DNA of 64,000 bases, taken from positions 2,327 to 66,326 of the forward strand of contig JAAYKK010000055.1 of assembly GCA_012522435.1 (NCBI GenBank), read 5' to 3'. A model generated the notes under the pieces. It saw nothing but the letters and a program-made list of their open reading frames with translations. It had not been told where the DNA came from and did not search any database. This stretch comes from Clostridiaceae bacterium (GTDB lineage Bacteria; Bacillota; Clostridia; Saccharofermentanales; DTU023). Shown here in pieces: positions 59,222-64,000 of the stretch (position 1 is its first letter; every line of letters begins with the position of its first letter). A program made the position numbers and the translations under genes.

Positions 59222-62200
59222 ATGAGAAAACTCAAAATAAACAAAACAAGAATCATAGCATTAATCATGGCATTGTTAATAATTATCTTAGCTATACCTA
59301 CAATATTTAAAACCGGAGTTTCAGCAGCACCTGAAGTTTATAAAACTCACTCTAGCGGCAATTATACAGCCCAGTATTATGGTGATCTAATTCAACCGAT
59401 TCAAATTCAGATTACAAGTGCTGGAATGATGGAAATCAGAAAAATTTATGGAGCTAATGCAGATTTTTTACCGGATCAAGCAGGTGGGTTATATAAACCC
59501 ATGACCTATCTCTTAAGTGTAGATGGTCAACCTGCAATTTGCGCCAATCCTACTGTCATGGTCGGGACTTCATATTCAGATAAAATCGTTTTATCTTCTC
59601 CTGAAGTAAATCAGAAAAACAGTGAAGCATTTTTTGATCAATATATGATTTATAGATACCCTGATTCGGCAGTTCGTCAAAGAATAATTGATTATTATTC
59701 GGGCTCCGAAACTACTGTGAGAAATAATGCATTCAGATCTTTTATTGCCGGAATACTATACAGATCAGTTTCAGAAAATAACCTTGAAACCTTAATCAAG
59801 CTGTTCCAAACAGAAAAACCGGGTCAGGATCTCTCAGGAGTAGTGAATACCTTCCAATTAAAAGATCCGGCAAATGCAGTTTTTTGGAGTTGGTATTATT
59901 CATACGATGCTGAGATCATGAGAGCAACCGGAGGTCAAGTAATACCTTACTCTTCTAAAGAAGTTAGGCAATCTTTTATTAACTTTTATGATTTTATTAG
60001 AGAGAAAATTGATGAAGGCAGTGTAATAATTAGAGACCCTAATGTAAGTATCTATTACAACCCTGAACAACCAAATCAAGACGCATTATTTTCTCACAAT
60101 CAGGTAATTCACGTCTTTAACGGTAATCTTGAAATCGATACTAAAGGTGAACTTAAATTAATCAAAGTTTCAACTTATCCCAAACTAACTGAGAATAATA
60201 ATTGTTACAGTCTATCCGGAGCTGAATTTGGTATATATAAATCAGAAGCTGCAGCTAAAAATAATCTGGAAAAGTTAGGAATTCTAATTACAGATCAAAC
60301 CGGAATCTCGAATACTTTAGAAGATATAGAAGCCGGAACATATTATCTGAAAGAGCTAAAAGCACCCAAAGGTTATAGTTTAGATCCAAAGATTCATAAA
60401 GTAATTGTTGAAGCCGGAGAGCTAACCCAAGTTGAAATTTCTGATCTGCCACAATCTAACCCTGTTTCGTTATTGCTATCCAAGCAAGATGAAAACACAG
60501 GACTATCTGAGGCACAAACTGATGCCAGTTTTGCAGAGGCAGAATTTGAAGTTAAATATTATGGCTCAGAATATCAAGCTGATTTTGATCCTGCTAGTGA
60601 GGGTATTAAACCTGACGCCACTTGGCTATTCAAAACAGATCTTAATGGAGAAATAAAATTATCTGCCGATTATTTAGTAAGTGAAAATAGTGATCCTTTA
60701 TTTTATAACTCACAAGGCATCGCTGTATTTCCACTCGGAACAATTACTATTCAAGAAATCAAAGCTCCTCAGGGATATTTGCTGAATTCAGAAATTTTTG
60801 TCCAAAAAGTAACCGCTGAAGGTAATTTTGAAACCGTCAAAACTTTTCATTCTCCTATTGTTCAAGAAAAACCAATTTTAGGTAAATTTTCTATGAGAAA
60901 AGTGATTACAGACGGCACAGAGTCGGAAATAGTAAAACCTGAGCCTGGAGCAGTTTTCATTGCAATCGCTAAAAAACATATAGATCAATATGGATCATTT
61001 GAAGCTGCCTTGGAACACAGTACTGATTTTGGGATCAATGAGTTTTCTAGACTAGTAACTGATCAAAACGGTAATGCTGTATCAGGAGACCTTGCCTTTG
61101 GAAAATATCTAATTAAACAAATTGCAGGACAAAATGAGACCGATTTATTACAACGGGCTTTCGAATTTGAAGTTAAGCGTGATGGAGATTTTGCAGAATA
61201 TACAGTAAACAATTTACCGACTATGTATCCTGTAAAAATAATAAAAAGAGATAGCCAAACGGGAGAAAGCATTATTTTAAATTCAGCAGGTTTCAAAATA
61301 ATAGATAGTGAGGGAAATTATGTAAGGTTCAAAGTCGGATCTCAAAACTATGATGTGTTTAAAACAACAGCTCTGAATAGCGGAGAAATTCCATCCGGTA
61401 CCTTTTATGTAGAAACGGAAGAAGAGGGAACTTTGGTAACTCCACTCAAGTTAAAAGCCGGAACTTATTTCTTAGAAGAAGTTATCAGTCCGGAAGGTTA
61501 TCAAATTATTTCCGAACCTCTTGAATTTAAAGTCGGGGCAGCCCATGTCGCTGAAACAGATCAGGATTTAGATGAGTATATTGTTGTAGAGGCAGAGAAT
61601 GAACCACAATACGGTGAACTCATTTTGCATAAACAAGGAGAGTTGTTTAATAAATGGCAAGAAGAAACAATTACTTTGCCGGTCCAAACCAAAGGTGAAA
61701 CGGTTACTCGAGAAATTGCAGTTCCCAGATCAGAGGAAGCCTTGATATTAAGCAAAACATATTTAGATCAGATAGAACAATCAACCGTATATAGTGATCA
61801 AAATGGTTTATTTGAAAAAGAAGTCGGACCCGGATTTTATAGTCTGAAAGATAAAAACAATCAAATATTGATTGAATATGCTGTAGCAGAAGGCAGTACT
61901 GATCTTATTTCAGTTCAACTTCCGGACAAGCTGATTCTTGAGGAAGTTTGGCAACCGGGTGAAATCATTGAGCAAACTTTTACTTATTCTAAACCGGTTT
62001 ATGAATCAGGTTATTTAGAAAATGCTGAATTTGAGTTAAGAGCTGCAGAAGAGATTAAATCTTTCGATGGACAGACTATTTTTTATGAGAAAGGTGAAAA
62101 GCTCTTATTTGCTCAGCAGGATATTATTTTAGATCAAGAAACAATTTATCTTAAAGGTGAAGTCATCACATTTCCAAAACTTTTACCGGAACAATTGGCA

Positions 62201-63871
62201 GATGAAACATTAGTAAGTAATAAAGTCATTACCGAAGCTGAGCCATTAATACTATCTAAAATACCTTTAGGAAAATACAAATTAATTGAGATCAAGGCTC
62301 CGACAGGATATATAAAAGATAATTCGGAAAGAGAATTTGAATTTACGGCACAAGCAAGCACAATGTTAGTCGATTTAAAAGAGACTTTACCAATCAATAA
62401 TCAACGTCAAAAGTTAAATTTGGAATTAAAAAAAGAATTATTTGGTACGGAATACTTTATCGATTATGGCTTCGAAAATATAATTCTTGGTCTTTATACC
62501 GGTGATGAATTGTTGGGATTAAATCCAGATTCTGCAATATCTATTGTAACTCCGGATGAAAATGGAGTAATTACAATAGAAGATATACCGGCAGGCAATT
62601 ATTATCTAAAAGAAATTAGTACCAAGGATGGTTATGTTTTGTCTGAGTCAATGTACAACATTGTCCTTGTTGCAGACGAAAGTGCAGTTGAAGATAGAAT
62701 AGAAATCATTCAAGAACCGATTATTAATCAGCCTAGTGTTAAAGATATAAAAATTACAAAAAAAGATAGTGATACCGGATATCCATTGGTTGGAGTACAG
62801 TTTAATCTTTTTGCAATTAAAGCAGATGGCTCAAAAATAATGGTTAACAACCCTGATTCCGGAGATCATATTTTTGTCACGGATCAAAATGGTGAGATTT
62901 TGCTCAAAGGTCTACCCTATGGAAATTATTTTTTAGAAGAAATTAAGGCAGCAACAGGTTATATAAAAGATGGAAATTCTAAAAACATTGCAGTTTCAGA
63001 TGAAAGTGCACTTGAGATTAAAGTTGAAAATGAAGCAACTAGGGTCGGTTTTAATAAAATTGACGCTAATACAGGTAAATCAGTAATAGGTGCATGTTTA
63101 AGATTATTAGATCAATTTGGAAATCTTGTCTATCTCGATCAAAATGGATATCTGACTAATGATCGAGAAAATGGGCAACCGGCTGAATGGACTACTGATG
63201 GCACAATGTATTATGTTAATGGACTCATAGTAGGTCATCAATATACAGTTGAAGAAGTGACAGCTCCTGTAGGCTATCATCAAGCAGATCCCATAAGCTT
63301 TATAGTTTCAGATAATCAAGGAATTCAACTAACAAACATTCCTAATCTGCCATTGGAACCAAAAATTAAAACGAAAGCCATGTTTGAAAATGGGACAAAA
63401 ACAGCTTATCCTGCTGTACAGCTGGTAGTAGTTGATCTGGTAAGCTATGTAGATTTAATTGTGGGACAGAAATATAAGTTAAAAGGGAAATTAGTTTGTA
63501 AATCTGATCCCGGTAATATTATTGCTGAGGCAGAAACAAGCTTTATTGCCAAAAATTCATCGGGAGAAATTGAAGTTAGATTTGAATTTAAAGGTGAAAG
63601 TTTAGCCGGCAAAGAGTTAGTTGTATTTGAAGAGCTCTATTTTGAAAATAAAATGATTGCACAGCATAAAGACCTGAACGATTCAAATCAGACAGTAAAA
63701 ATTATCGAATCTAAACGAATTGAAGCACCAACTGAGCTGACAAAGCAACCGGAGAAACCGGAAACTTTTGATAATTCAGAAACTCCTTTATTGTGGCTCA
63801 GTTTATGTTTATTAAGCTTAGGTATTTCATTAATGATATATATTTTATACAAGAAAAAAACTAAAGACTAA
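59222..63871 (+). CDS. Giant surface adhesin: possible N-terminal thioester domain, multiple SpaA/Cna-B-type repeats, C-terminal ester-bond (VaFE-type) domain, TM anchor
   Basis: Signal peptide. At least 7 repeats of the pattern G(T/N/K)Y(Y/F)L.E...P.GY. C-terminal VVFEELY...HKDLNDSNQTV (HxDxxDxxQ). Terminal hydrophobic helix plus KKKTKD, with no LPXTG. Confidence 0.8.
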   Translation: MRKLKINKTRIIALIMALLIIILAIPTIFKTGVSAAPEVYKTHSSGNYTAQYYGDLIQPIQIQITSAGMMEIRKIYGANADFLPDQAGGLYKPMTYLLSVDGQPAICANPTVMVGTSYSDKIVLSSPEVNQKNSEAFFDQYMIYRYPDSAVRQRIIDYYSGSETTVRNNAFRSFIAGILYRSVSENNLETLIKLFQTEKPGQDLSGVVNTFQLKDPANAVFWSWYYSYDAEIMRATGGQVIPYSSKEVRQSFINFYDFIREKIDEGSVIIRDPNVSIYYNPEQPNQDALFSHNQVIHVFNGNLEIDTKGELKLIKVSTYPKLTENNNCYSLSGAEFGIYKSEAAAKNNLEKLGILITDQTGISNTLEDIEAGTYYLKELKAPKGYSLDPKIHKVIVEAGELTQVEISDLPQSNPVSLLLSKQDENTGLSEAQTDASFAEAEFEVKYYGSEYQADFDPASEGIKPDATWLFKTDLNGEIKLSADYLVSENSDPLFYNSQGIAVFPLGTITIQEIKAPQGYLLNSEIFVQKVTAEGNFETVKTFHSPIVQEKPILGKFSMRKVITDGTESEIVKPEPGAVFIAIAKKHIDQYGSFEAALEHSTDFGINEFSRLVTDQNGNAVSGDLAFGKYLIKQIAGQNETDLLQRAFEFEVKRDGDFAEYTVNNLPTMYPVKIIKRDSQTGESIILNSAGFKIIDSEGNYVRFKVGSQNYDVFKTTALNSGEIPSGTFYVETEEEGTLVTPLKLKAGTYFLEEVISPEGYQIISEPLEFKVGAAHVAETDQDLDEYIVVEAENEPQYGELILHKQGELFNKWQEETITLPVQTKGETVTREIAVPRSEEALILSKTYLDQIEQSTVYSDQNGLFEKEVGPGFYSLKDKNNQILIEYAVAEGSTDLISVQLPDKLILEEVWQPGEIIEQTFTYSKPVYESGYLENAEFELRAAEEIKSFDGQTIFYEKGEKLLFAQQDIILDQETIYLKGEVITFPKLLPEQLADETLVSNKVITEAEPLILSKIPLGKYKLIEIKAPTGYIKDNSEREFEFTAQASTMLVDLKETLPINNQRQKLNLELKKELFGTEYFIDYGFENIILGLYTGDELLGLNPDSAISIVTPDENGVITIEDIPAGNYYLKEISTKDGYVLSESMYNIVLVADESAVEDRIEIIQEPIINQPSVKDIKITKKDSDTGYPLVGVQFNLFAIKADGSKIMVNNPDSGDHIFVTDQNGEILLKGLPYGNYFLEEIKAATGYIKDGNSKNIAVSDESALEIKVENEATRVGFNKIDANTGKSVIGACLRLLDQFGNLVYLDQNGYLTNDRENGQPAEWTTDGTMYYVNGLIVGHQYTVEEVTAPVGYHQADPISFIVSDNQGIQLTNIPNLPLEPKIKTKAMFENGTKTAYPAVQLVVVDLVSYVDLIVGQKYKLKGKLVCKSDPGNIIAEAETSFIAKNSSGEIEVRFEFKGESLAGKELVVFEELYFENKMIAQHKDLNDSNQTVKIIESKRIEAPTELTKQPEKPETFDNSETPLLWLSLCLLSLGISLMIYILYKKKTKD

Positions 63872-63878
63872 ATATTAA

Positions 63879-63914
63879 GAGACTGTCTAAAAACAATTGC
63901 TATTAGACAGTCTT
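63879..63914 (+). terminator. Stem-loop downstream of the adhesin gene (no U-tract)
   Basis: AGACTGTCTA-14 nt loop-TAGACAGTCT. Followed by an A-run rather than a T-run. Confidence 0.35.
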
Positions 63915-63930
63915 ATAAAAAAAGGATTTT

Positions 63931-64000
63931 ATGGTAGCTGATTATTATTTAAATATGCTCAACAATATCGCAAATCAAATTAGCTACTTTATCGGCAGTT
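63931..64000 (+). CDS. 5' end of an unidentified ORF running off the window
   Basis: An ATG after AAAGGA opens a frame (MVADYYLNMLNNIANQISYFIGS...) that stays open to the window edge. Confidence 0.3.
   Translation, partial: MVADYYLNMLNNIANQISYFIGS

Noticed and set aside
1-64000. Searched for CRISPR arrays, IS elements, transposases, integrases, prophage blocks and rRNA.
   Set aside because: I saw no regularly spaced direct repeats, no DDE/serine/tyrosine recombinase-like ORFs and no rRNA signature. The only accessory-looking block is the XRE/TM/peptidase cassette.

Overview
This is a densely coding chromosomal segment from a low-GC Firmicute. Several gene strings match the origin-proximal region of Bacillus chromosomes: SRP RNA-dnaX-ybaB-recR, ctsR-mcsA-mcsB-clpC, mazG-yabO-divIC, yrzL(ireB)-ruvX-yrzB and X-hpt. 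I call about 60 CDS. They include rho, msrAB, secG, dhaKLM, rnr, mtaB, aroE, a nine-gene V-type ATPase operon, two racemases, a carboxyspermidine dehydrogenase/decarboxylase pair, pyk, rpiB, lon, a heterodimeric ABC exporter and a 1549-aa surface adhesin. There is also a tRNA-Asp/Phe/Val cluster, an SRP RNA hidden under a spurious N-terminal extension of the dnaX ORF, and a 56-aa ferredoxin below the ORF-track size cutoff. I saw no CRISPR array, transposase, integrase or rRNA. The most interesting feature is the 754-bp ORF-free gap between the alaX-like gene and hpt (18506-19259). It holds a near-consensus sigma-A promoter with an A-tract upstream element, then about 600 nt of A-rich sequence, then a hairpin with a U-tract. 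The extreme 5' and 3' ends of that stretch pair perfectly over 9 bp, and many nested helices lie between them, one capped by a GAAA tetraloop. This is a candidate large structured ncRNA in the size range of OLE/ROOL/GOLLD, and I cannot assign it to a class by eye. Secondary candidates are a divergent XRE/XRE cassette driving a 2-TM protein plus a small HExxHxxGxxD zinc peptidase, a cytidylate-kinase-like/PD-(D/E)XK-like fusion in the position where Bacillus has tilS, a 1054-aa membrane-anchored propeller protein, and the adhesin, which has thioester-like and ester-bond motifs. All protein assignments rest on motif recognition by eye, not on database searches.
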